A stretch of 64,000 nt of DNA, taken from the NCBI GenBank assembly GCA_039545335.1, contig BCIN01000001.1, positions 248,001-312,000 on the forward strand. Reading direction: 5' to 3'. The position numbers were made by a program, and so were the translations under genes. Below are positions 27,048 through 39,095 of the stretch, in pieces. The notes under the pieces are model-generated. The model was not told where the DNA came from, did no database searches, and saw only the letters and a list, made by a program, of their open reading frames with translations. The stretch comes from Kondoa subrosea (taxonomy: Eukaryota). Each line of letters opens with the position of its first letter. The first letter of the stretch is position 1.

Positions 27048-29043
27048 TTATGCCGCTCTACGAATCTTGCTTGACCTGTTGTAATGGTGGAGTTGGCTTG
27101 TAAAAGCCAGCGAGATCAGCCATATACGGTCCATCTTCGGTACCACGTCTCTTTCGTATTGCTTGAGATAATAATCCATGTAACGGAACTCTTGACTTAC
27201 CTGAAGAAGTGTCGTGATTCGGTAGCCAACCAAAGATTTTTCTGCCTCGAGCAAATCTTCGACATCCGTAAGTTCATAAGATTTCTTGCCATCCGCTACA
27301 TCTTTGATCAGAACAACGACCATATGAGGCGTGACCCAAAGATGCTGATGTTCCTGAGATCCGAAACAAGCCAATCTCATACCAATGTGGGTCTCGCCAG
27401 ATCGTATCACTTGAAGATGGGTTCATCAGTGATCCATTTGCTTCCAGCTTGAGCTATATACGATGCATCTAGCCAGTATCCATTTTGCTATAGAATAGTC
27501 AGCTGCTGTATTGATAGCTAAAAACCCATACTCACATCGTATCGCGACATATTTTCCCGAAGGACATTTAAAGCTTCTTTTCTTCCAGTAGCAGTAGCGT
27601 CAAAGAATACGGTGTTTGGAGTGAAATTATCCAAGCGAAGCATGTTTTGTCGAATGATCTCATCCATTCCAGCTAAGACATTTGGGAAATGTCGTTTCTC
27701 TCTTTGAGCTAAAGGAACAGGGCAGGAGAACCCTTTGGCTTCAGCTTTGGCCACTCTTTCTTGACGAATAGCAGTGTTCTAGTCACCACGCATCTTCTAG
27801 AATAGAGCGAAGAACGGAAAGATCGAGTGGTCCAAATGGCCAGATTCGGTCAACGACCGCTGAAACCAGTCTTCACTTGTGGTACGAACTTGATTGCAGC
27901 TCTTGATATCGACATATCAAAATTCTCCAGCGTATCGATAGGTGTGGTGATACTGTTCTTGCATCGGAAAGGAATGATCTGCATTCGCCTGGCTTTCCGT
28001 CGTTTCGGAAAGATGCACTCAAGGATTCCATGCCTGACAAAGTAGGTAGGTTGCCATGCTTCGAGAGCTCTGAGAATCGCTCGGACGGACTGTTGTCAAT
28101 AAGCGGTTTTCCAAGGGGCAAGAGGGAACATCTTACGTCCCAGTTGCGATCTCTGAGTATCTGCGGCGTACTTTCATGGGCAGGTGTTTCAGCTTCGATG
28201 AGCACAAAGATGTCGAGGTCTGTTTTGATATGATCTTTGTGCCTAAGATCAAATTGCATATACGGTATAGATTCATCGACAGCGGCAGCAGCGGCTCCTC
28301 CACTAAGACAGACGTCAGTGAGATAATAGTAACGGTAAAAGACTTACGCTAAGTAGACGTTCGGAAGATAGAGTATGTCCAGCCGAAGCGGATGGAAGAG
28401 ACGCTCCAGATTTCGGTTTATTTGCCAAGCTGACAGCATTCCACTGAAGCAGGGATATGTAGTAACGCCGTATGTCACTGGAAGAGATGCTTCAGCCTCT
28501 TGAGAATAGCAAGCAGGCGATCAGACAAACCTTCATACACTGGCTTAGATGCAAGCCAGATTGGTAATCGTTCGATCTCCATATACAATGGATCAGATCT
28601 CATCTCAAGCCGATGCGAAGTACTGCAATACGGTATAGGTGAGCCACAATTTACTTAGAAAGACAAGCTCGTACATATAAGTGTACAGAAGCCAAGATTC
28701 CGCATTATCTGTGAGAAACTAAGATCAGCATAGGGTGCAGGCAAATCCGTGCTATATTATACCTCCTCCTCTGAGCGACTCAATAGCCAAGGCCAGGTTC
28801 CTGCAGTCCTTGAACTCGTCCAGACCATCCAGTATCATCGATAGCAATCCCCGCATCCCTCTCAGCACACGTATCGACGGAGCAGGCTCCAGCCGAGCAA
28901 TCTTTTCTTTCAGTTTGGCTGGATTTCCAGGTTGTATTTCCTCGACTGGCAGGTCCTAAAAGCGTCCTGACTCCTGCTGGTTGATCTTTATCCGAGAATT
29001 GACTTGCAGCCAGATGAGCAGAGTAACGCTCCACAAAATTCAT
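27048..29043 (-). CDS. Predicted nucleotidyltransferase-fold protein (class II / CCA-poly(A)-polymerase-like motifs); possibly pseudogenised
   Basis: Manual splicing gives NVYLAGGAAAAAV...KTDLDIFVL...RRMQIIP...IDTLENFDMSISRAAI...ERVAKAEAKGF. There is an in-frame TGA at 27850-27852 and frame breaks near 27780 and 27410. Confidence 0.6.
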
Positions 29044-29309
29044 CTTGTGTTTATGTGCAGGATAGAAACAAAAAAGGGATGAAGGTGCGGAAACTCAGGT
29101 ACAGGCAACACGCGTTGCAAGATATGCAGCAAAGCACAACAGTGCGCAAGAACGTAGACGAAAAGGAAAGAACGCGGAAGAACGCGATTACTTGAAAACA
29201 TGCACGTAAATAATGAAGTGAAAGTGCTGAAAATGCCAAGTGATGCAAAACAGAACGCTAAGGTACACTATCTAACTCTCAAACAAGTACAACTTGACAT
29301 CGCAAGCAA

Positions 29310-31480
29310 CTATCGGCCCCTTCCACCACCAATACCCAGATCCAAAACAATCTTCTTCGCTTTCTTTTTCTTACCTGTCGATTGTTGCTCTGGTATCGAA
29401 GTCTTGGTAGGAGTGGTTGTTGATGCTACTTGAGCTTCCCATGTCCTCCAAGCTACATCCCAATTGTCTACTTCGGGAACATCACTTGCTGGAAGAGCTG
29501 TCGCTGTGGGAATTGATGTTCCCCAAACTGATCTATTTCTTGGCGCATCGACAGGCAAAACGGAAGGAGAAGGAGGTGACATAGAAGGGAAGGCGTCGTC
29601 ATCTATTTCAGGTCGGTGATTAGGGATATCGAGATGCCTTGCTTCCGGAACGTGGAAGATGTAGTCGGATCCAGCAGAATGAGTAATCGTCGTTCGAAAA
29701 TCGCGTTCGTTCTTCTCCCTTTCTTTCTCTTCGCTCTTAAACTTGGCTTTATCCTCACGTCGAGCCTTGTCTTTTCTCTTATTCCGGCGCATTTTTAATG
29801 CATTCGAATACGGCTCAAGACTTTTACTCCCGATCAGATGTTCAAGATCGAGCTCTAAGAAAGTGACATCCGAGGCAGCTGGCAGATGAGAAAGGTAGCG
29901 ACATCGTCTTCTCAGATCTTCATTCATTGTTCCTTCTTCTTTGCCTTCTACTCGAACATGGATGGTGTCAGGGAAAGCAGAATAATTGACAAAGTGAGCT
30001 TTAAGAATCTTGATGTCAAGTGGATGCAAGAATACATTTGCTCCAGAAGCGGCTTGATAGAAATAGAAAGTATTTTCTGGCGGAGGTGGATTCAGATTCT
30101 TCTTGTTCTTGACTGTAGGTGAAGAAGAGACTGCAGCTCCAGGTACGTGACGCTGATATTGACCGCCGATTGTACTATTTGCGTAATACATATCTGGAAT
30201 CTCGTCGGAGTCGTCGGAAGGTGCTGAAGAAGAAGAAGCGATAGGCGGAGCAGGATGATTGGCGGCCCTTTCGGCCCTCTTCTTGGCCCGAGCTTGAATT
30301 TCCGCTATTTCCTTTGCACTCTGTTTCTTGGCTGTCATAACATGAATCGTCTTCAAGCCTTCTGCCTTGTCCATTTGCTCCATCACTTTGCGCTTCGCAG
30401 CCGCAACAAAAGAGCCATCCAATTCAGCTTCAGCCATACCAGATGTAGACGAAGTTAAAGCGGTCAATTGAGCTATATCTTTTTGTAAAGCGGCAAGCAT
30501 ATATTCAGGTGTAGCGAGCATGAAGCGAGCAAAAGTATAGGCATCAGGCGAGAAGACCCAAGGAGTCGAAAGATGAGGTACAGCTTCAGAAGGCCAAGTT
30601 GCAGATCGCGGCAGAGCTAGAGTCGTAATCTTTGGCCTTTCGATCAGCTTCATGGCCAAGAGATCCCCATTGTGAATTGCTTCAGGATCAAATGCCAAGT
30701 CTTCTGTGATCTCGCTTGAGGTTGACGCGAAAGTGACAGACTTCAGATCTTTTGGGTGAATTGTGTCCGCGCACACAGGACATTTGACCCATTTACCGGC
30801 ATCCGACAGTTCAAAGAGATGTAGCAGGCAAGGATAACCTGGCCGTGTATCAGCAGCGCTCGCCGAACGGTATTGTAAACATACAAAAGACGTGACCACA
30901 TTTGGTCATCCTTGCTGCAGAAGGTTCGCTCAAACATATCGGACAGAAGTTCTCTTGCTGTTCTTGATCTGCTAGAGTAGCCGTTCCAGACGAAGGTTCG
31001 CAGTTGACAATCACTTGAAGCACGTTCGGCCAGTAATGATAAATATCAGGATCGCAAAAGTGTGCCGTATAATCTCCGGTAGGATTAAGGACGAAGCCTA
31101 GCCATTCTCCATATGAGAAAGGGCATCATTGAACCATCGACTCGACTTACGATAGTTGGCATGCACAAATCGCTCCCTAGTATACGGCACAGCTTTAGAT
31201 GGCTTCCGACCAGCAGATGATGGTGTCGCGCGTTGACGAGGCGGCAAAGAGAACCCAAGCAACTGTTATTTCAAGAGGTCAGCATAATGCACATTCTGTT
31301 CGATTGCCGATACCGACGTGTGATAAGTTTGAGGCCTCCTTCCTTGCTGCTTGGACGTGGATGTTACCACCTACAGACAATCAGTCACCGCACACATGTC
31401 CAAGGAGAGGGCAGCCAACCTCTATTGTTTCGATCACGTTGGTCAACGAACAGACTCGGTTTGGCTTGCTTTCTTGACAT
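29310..31480 (-). CDS. MAG2: RING-finger E3 ligase, RNF10/Mag2 family
   Basis: C3HC4 RING CPICL..RMTKCGHVFC|YPCLLH..CPVC, plus RFVHANY, FYFYQAASGANVFLHPLDIKIL and LRRRCRYLSHLP. Confidence 0.88.
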
Positions 31481-31653
31481 GCTGAGTGGTGTGTGGAGGG
31501 TAAGATTATTGGCCCAAATGATACCCAGGTAGAACTGGGCAGGTCGAGGACAGGGAGAAACGGAAAGGCCTGATTTCCGAGTCAAGCTTTGAGCTCGAGT
31601 GGCGCCTAATTATTGGAGATATGCTCTGAAATGTTTGCTACTTCGTACAACTT

Positions 31654-34600
31654 TTACATCAATCTAGCCTTCTTACTTCCTCCATTCGCAACATTAGATC
31701 CACTTCTCTTCTGACCTTTCGGAGCACTGATTTGCATTCTCAATGACTTCATAGCCTTTTCGAAAGCCGCTTGGTCTACCCGTAGGTCATCAGCGGATGT
31801 ACACTTATGCCGACTTTCGACTTACAATCAAGCGTAGCTTCGTGTACTGCCGTTCCGGGCGGATTGAAAGTTAAAGCATTCTTGAGCATCAGCCGGAAAT
31901 CTTCTTCGAAAGGATCCAAGCCATTGTACTTATCGCTGTCGAGTCGACTCTTGATCAAAGAAAGATCTCGAGCATTCTCTCGAGGGATGAAATCGAAGTA
32001 CTGCGGAATGCCTAAAGCGATCGGATCAACCGCATATTGGAATATACCGCCAGTCTTTGCACTGTAGACATCGCAAGGCTTTCAGCTACTATAGCATGGA
32101 TGATCAAAGATACTCACATATCTGTTGAGATAAGATTCTTGAGCGTGCTCTGCAACAACCGCTTTTCGCTTGATCCAAATTTAGGTCCTTCACTCCATTT
32201 GGCCTTCCATGTCGTTGCCAAAGTATCGACGTATTGCACAGGCAGAGTGCCAGGCGGATTGAAGTGATGACAGTTGGAAACGATAAGTTGGAAATCATGT
32301 TCCAGAGCTGCTTGACTTGTGTATTGTCCTGCATCGAGATTGCGTAACATGGTACCCAAGTCCATAGGATGTTTGATCTCATCATAGTACCTGTAGAGTC
32401 CATAACATCCTGTAAGCATGTGAGAGACTTGAGCAGATGCTGCGCCTACGTTGGCACACCATCGATAACTGGATCAACAGGTCGCCTAAAGAAAAAAGAC
32501 TCGTCCATTCTCAGTAGACCTTTGACGATTGATCTTGCCTTCTTCAAGTTCAGGTCTTGTTCGCCAGCCGAGGAAGCAGGCGCAGGTGAGCCAGACCCAT
32601 TGATTCGACTATGATTTCCGCCTCCGTTAGTCATGAGCTTAATCCTCGGAGTCGGCCGCTGAATCTGAGGTGCAGGCGAAGCTTCAACAATTGTTGCAGG
32701 AGCTGGCACTTCGGACGCAGGTGTAGGAGCAATTGCAGGGACTACTGATGGATCTCGAGGAGACACGTCTTCAGCAGACAAAGCAGGTTCTTGTTTGACT
32801 GGAGCCAGGGAGTCGTCAGTAGGCGCTGGTGTTGTGTCAGTGCTTTCTGGCATACTGCTGCCAACTCTGGGTGGAGCAGACCCATTGGAAGTGATAGGAG
32901 GCAGAGGAAGCAATTGAGCTGTAGGAGCAGGAAGAGACGCAGACGTGGATTCGGAAGCGGTAGGCAGAGGAATGTGCGTTTTTGGCTTGAGGGAAATTAG
33001 TCGTATTTTAGTAGTCGGTTTGCGTTCCGGCGCATTCATTACACCGATAGCTGGTGCTGATGGAGAAACAGCTGGAGGTGCAGGTAGATTCATTGCGCCA
33101 ATAGCAGGCGCAGGCATAGGTGGTTCGTCGACAGCAAATAAATCAGCAGGAGAAGCCTCGCGCGAAGGTGGTGGAAGAATAGGATTAGGATAACTATAGA
33201 CAGTATGCATGTGTGGATTCGGCTGCACAGGTGCTTGTTCTTGTGCTTGCTCCATAGGAGGCTGAAGAATAGTAACTCGCTTTTGCGGTCTGACTTCATC
33301 TCCCGAAGCAGACGGACGAGAACCCAAACTGATTTTTAAAGTGGGTCTAGGTAGAGGCGGCGGTGGAGATTGCCTCGTGAATTGGGGAGCCGCAGCTGAT
33401 TCATGCATAGCTGGAGGAGGCGCTGAAGAAGAAGTTTTGAGTTTTAGTGTCATTGGTAATCGTGGCTGTGGTACTGTTGCATCTTCCTCGGGATAAGATG
33501 CTGGCGGAAGAGGTGCAGGAGGTCGCAAAGTAAATTTGGCCACTTGAGCTCGCTTGCCTTCGACAGCATTGAGTGTTGCGTTGATTCTGGACCAGAGCTT
33601 GTCGAACATTTTGTTCATTTGTTCCGCAGATTTGGCAATAAGGCTTGTTGCACCGTTGTACAGAACGGCGTTGTCCACAATGAGCTTGATATCCTTGCGG
33701 AAAGCTTCTCTGTTCTTGTACAGACCAGTATTCAACTTATTTGATACCGTGTTGAGATCCATGGGTTTCTTGATGATATCCCAATAATTAGGCGCAAAGT
33801 CTTTGATTGGATCTGTAACGCCAGTACAGTCAGCTCGGGTAGCAAACATAAGTCAATCATTGCTTACCAACTGGATATCGGAACATTTCTGAAGATTTGT
33901 GCGAAGTGATCTTGGACAAGCAATTTTTGCATGCCTTGACATCGTCTAAAGACATACCCGAAGCTTGTGATTTGAGCGCTTTGGGTGTCTTTGGCAGCTT
34001 TGACTTTTTCGAAGAGGCCGGAGGTAAAGGAGGATCGGCCAGATTTGTCCGATTGTTGAGCTTGAGCACGAGTGAAGAAGGTTCTGGCAGCTGAACGACA
34101 GCTGAGGGCTCTTCGACAGGTAATTCGGCAGGTAATTCTGGCACTTCCGCAATCTCCTCAATCGGTCGAGGGCCAGCAAAGAGCCTGAGACGCGGCAAAG
34201 CACCTCCGACTGCTTCTGTTGGTGCAGGTACAGGTGCAGGCGCGCTGACAGACATGCGTAGCTTGATCTTCGGAACAATCTCATCCTTTGGTTTCAGCAG
34301 CACTTCGCAAATTTTTAGCAATGACCATCGGACAGCAAAGTCAAGACCAGGATCTCTGCAATTAAGGTAAGACCGAATAACGGGCCAGAAGAGGAGCCTT
34401 ACGTAAGACATGACACGAGCTGATTGCGCATTGATGTCTGTTTGCCAGCCAATTCCTTCCGGAGCGAATTGACGGCGACCTCCACATCAAAATGAAGTGC
34501 TTTAGGCTCTTCTTTTATGAAATCGGGATCTTCCTCAACAAAGAGACTTTCGGCTTGAGGTTGTCCAATGCCTTCAATAGCAAGAACAAGGGGTAAGGAG

Positions 34601-37600
34601 CGGACAATGGCCTCTGCCAGACATTGTCGAATGACAAGAGACTGGTCGAAGCGCAGGACGGAGAAGAAGTAATTGACCATGGCTGGTTCGGTAAGAGGTC
34701 TGAGGAGTAAAAGGGCTTCAAAAGCTGTTGTCCGGACAGGTGCATAGTTCCCCTCGCTGTAGCACAGATCACAAGATAATGGATATTTGATCTTTGGCGC
34801 AACAAGACTACTCACCGAGTATATGCGAAGAATAGTTGCATGTCCACTGGGATGTGAGAGGCTAACATCATTCTGAGATTCCACTCAAGACCAGCAACGG
34901 AGACTGCGTTGCGATAAGAAGGAACCAAGCGGTCCATGCTCATGTAGCGTTGAACCTCATCGACCGCACTACTGAGAAGAGGATCTTCGGAAAAGCCAAG
35001 ATCGATAGCTGAGGCGAAAAGTTCAGTTTCCTCTCCCGCATGGACGCGAACGAAGGAGTTGGATAATGCATGGAAGATCGTGCAGATGTAAGCAGAATCG
35101 GAAAACTAAATTGTGAAAAAGACGGTTAGCGAGAGCCTAAGATCAATGTCTAGCTCTGGCTTACTCGATTGATCGAGTTGTCATTGTAGGTCAGTAAGCC
35201 TACCAAGAAGCGAAGTAGATGAGGCATTGCTTGACCCTTCCAGTCTCGCACGTGTGAAAGCGCCGTGATAAGAGTCTGCTTTTACATAAGCTGAGCATTC
35301 AACCGAGAACATGCATGCTCACCAATTGCAAAAAGTACTCTGGTATATCGGTAAAGTTGTTCGGCTTTGGTACGCAGTGTATCTCAAACGGATCAAGCGA
35401 TTCTTCTGGAGGTGGAAAGCAGAATCGAGTTTGATAAAGTTTGAGAAGAAAGAAAAGACCCAAATAGTCCAATGAAGGAACGGCCATCTGTCAGATTAAG
35501 AGCTGTCAAGAAGACAACCAGTTGTCAAATAAGAGCCAATACTGACCGAAACAAGCGCAAGAACAGCTTCCGTTCGGATGCGCAAAAAGTAATTCGTAGT
35601 AAGCACTGTTCTAGCCAGTATACTAGCAACTACTGGTGTCGGTAATCTTGCCATAGCATGAACAGCTTCCAGTTGCGCGACCACATCTCGATCCCTTGTC
35701 AATTGCGAAACCCACATGAAATCCGGTTGTTCGAAGTTTATAGTACATATCCACTCAAAATCCGCGTCGATTCGGATCCATTCATAAGTTGCATGAGCCA
35801 TCTTCTCGTCATCTTCATCTGTCCAATCATGAACTCGCCATTTGATGCGTTCTTCCTCTTCTTCCCAAATGTTGAGTCCGTAGGACATGTCAATCAACGA
35901 GGTCTCTTCTTGGATTTCTGCATCGTCTGCAGCAGCAGCGGCAAGTGCAGCAGCACGGGCTTGGTATCGTTTTGTTTGACGACGAATACGCTTGTACTTT
36001 GTGTTGAAGGGAACTTCATACTTCTTGCTTGCGTCTCGAATATCCAGCACGTGTTCATAAGGTGTTCCGTCAGCTTCATGAACTCGAACGGTCATTTGTC
36101 CCTGTACAACACAATCTAACTTATCAACCCAAATTTGACAGGTGAATAGCGTACCTCAAAATGCTCAACCGGTTTCACGTAAGCCACATCTTCCCAATGC
36201 GTCTTTTTATCACAACTATAAACCCAACTTGGACTTTCTTGAGAAATAGTCATTTCCACTGCCATCTTCTTTCTGTTGAAGATAGCTTTAACAGTAAAAG
36301 CTGGACAACCAGAAGCGTAAATCCATTGATCGGCAAAAGATTTTAGATCCGTTGCTCCTGAAACTTTCTTGCAGATTCGTAGAAATTGAGCAGTGCTGAG
36401 TGCAGCATCTCGCAGTTCACCAGAGATGGCTGATAGAAAGATCTTTGGTAACACACGAGATAGACCATGCGAAGTACCGGTTTTGAGCAGTCTTTGATCC
36501 ATAATATGCAGAACTAGAGGAGCTTTCAGGTTGATAAAAGATAGAACATCAACTTCAGGTGGATGATCGATTCCTGGTTCACAAATTGGTGGCATGTTCA
36601 TATCCGCTGCGCAGCATCGACTCATATCTTTCTTCAACCGAAATTTGTATTCGTTCAAGCCAAGCAACTTCCTCAAGAACAACGAGGAAAGACGGAAAGC
36701 TAGACCATTAATGAGCCAAGTATCTGACCAAGTCTTCTGAATGATGTTGATCCCAATCCATTGACAAGCTAGAGCATGAGGCAATATTTGACGCGTTTCT
36801 AGACCTTGTTCGATCACTGAAGGGGGATGCAAGAGTTCGGCAGGGAAAGTCGTCATGGTTGCTAGGTTGTGCACGATTGAAGCTCCAGAAGTTCTATCCG
36901 AGTCGTCGACAAAGACTAGCTTGTAAGAGCTGTAGGGGTAAGAACCAAATTCCGTCACATAGAAATCCAGAGCTTGTCTGATGAAGGACACCGAATGGAG
37001 CAGATCAGCCTCAAAGCCAGGTAAGCAGAAGGCATGAAGTTTCGCTTGACCATTTTCGATGACCGGAGCATCTTCGACCGGAGGTGGTGACAAATCGAGA
37101 ATGTGGAAAGGACCAACAGCGAAACCGATGTGATGAACTGAAGTAGGAGCAGATTGAGCATAATGAAAGATGACTTGAGAGGAATTGTTTGGGTGAGAAA
37201 CTTGTTCTATCAGTTCACCGCTTGCTATTGCCAAGATAGGTAATTCTTCCACTACTTGAATATCTTCTAGACCATCATCGGCTCCTACTTTGATGCTTCG
37301 AGGAACGACCAGCTCAATTTCCCAAGTACAACGATCCCAAAGAGTGTCGACACAAGGCATCCAGCATCTAGCCGAATTTGCACCGCCGGACGCAGTGTAA
37401 GCATGAGGGATTTCCTGCGCAGCGAATCAGTCTCAAAGCATTCTTGGGCTTGACTATAGGTCATACAGAGAGTTCTCCATCGCTGCCAACGAAATGCAGC
37501 CCATCTCTGGGGTTGACCAGATCATATTCAACGGTGATAACGATCGGTTCAAACTCAGTCGACGCTTGCTGCTGTTGCCCTTCTTCGCCTGTTTTCACTC

Positions 37601-38149
37601 TACTGACTATAGCGGCAGGTAAAGCGATAGCCAATTCGCCTTGATCCGCTTCAACTTCGGCTACAAACAACTTGCGTTTCAATTCTGGATAAGCTGATCG
37701 AACATCGCTTTCATCTTTAGGTATGAAAGTAGGGTTGTTTGGTGTAGGAGCGAGAGGATCTAGATGCGTGAAAGCGAGGGAAGAGTGTGTCGAAGTCGAT
37801 ACCTTTGAGATTTCTGTCGCATGAAGACCGACCAGATCAGCACATCTCCTCGCTTTATACGTTCATTCCAAATAGACTGACCACATTGTCGACAATTCAA
37901 GTATACTGTTCTGAGCTCCTCGGAAGTTGGGATAATAGTCAATTCGACATGTCCCTTTAAAGAAATCGGCTTTAGACTCGCTGGACTCGCTCGCCTAGCT
38001 GCATAAGACTGACCTTAACCTTTCCGCGTAAATCTATAGCAAGCACGGCCTTCTGATGACCTAGAACCACGACTTGAGCATAAATCTGGAAAACGTGGAA
38101 TAGCAGAGGGAGATTCACTTAGTACAAAGCCACGTTCGTGTGCTGCCAT
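31654..38149 (-). CDS. TAF2: TFIID subunit 2 (M1-aminopeptidase-like fold) fused to three C-terminal bromodomains
   Basis: TAF2 motifs ARCWMPCVD..WDRCTWE, QWIGINI..WSDTWL, LKAPLVLHI, VRVHEADGTPYEH, EWIRIDADFEW and DRDVVAQLEA. Three PVDP/AVDP..Y...(PM/RD)L...N..(Y/F)N bromodomains follow. Confidence 0.93.
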
Positions 38150-38301
38150 GCCCTTGGGTATAAGCTTGCACGAGATACTCTGCTCAACGAAGCAGAGCAA
38201 ATGATCCGTGACCGTCTGCGAAATCGCTTGATCCAGTTTCCACACCTAGCCACATTTCGATTTTCAAGATCGCCCTGCAGCCTCGCTGAGGGTCGCGGAA
38301 G

Positions 38302-38821
38302 ATGTCGACCTATGTCCCTAAGGGAGACCTGAAGCTCAAAGTCGAATTCGGGCAAGTCTCTTGCTTTTTCTCGCATTATTCAAAGTCGAGTCTTATTCTC
38401 ACAAAAGAGGTGGAATGGAACTGCTCTTCGATAACAAGCGTTCTTATGATTTACTCTTACCTCGCTCTTATTCTCTTTCCGAAATGACTTCAACCGGTTT
38501 CGTGTCTTCTTCTTCTGCTGAGGGAACATCGGATAATCGACCTACGGATCTGAGGTTTCTCATACATTATCTTTTGCATTGTATGTTGGTGGACAAGGCG
38601 AGACCAGATCTCTTTGCGCAGGGAGATACAGTGTAAGCTTCTTTCAGTGTCTTTTTAATATCAAACCCTTCTGTTTGCTACATGCTCATTCATGTCTCGA
38701 TAGACGACCAGGGATATTGGTCCTCGTGAACGACACAGATTGGGAACTGGAAGGAGAGCTGGACTATGTACTTCAAGATCGGGATGCAATCATGTTCATC
38801 TCGACATTACATGGTGGATGA
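38302..38821 (+). CDS. URM1: Ubiquitin-related modifier 1
   Basis: KVEFGGGMELLF (across GC-AG intron 38352-38407), [18 protein letters not shown] and C-terminal ISTLHGG*. Confidence 0.95.
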
Positions 38822-39095
38822 AGAATTCAGATTGAGCAAATCAAATCGGATTAGTGCGGTCTTGATTGAATCCTGCGTATTGGCATGCTAGGCTAGCAGG
38901 TCAGTTTCTGCCGGTCTGCCTTAATCAGGCTTCTTATCATCTTTCTGATCAGCTGGTTCTGCTAAAGCAAGAGCGGACGGATGGACTTGTCTATATTATA
39001 TTGAAGCTGGCTGTAGAGCATTGACGTAGACAATATATATTTCTTCGACGAAACTCCGCCGAAATTGAGTCGCGCTGTTGTTTCCGCTCACAGCC

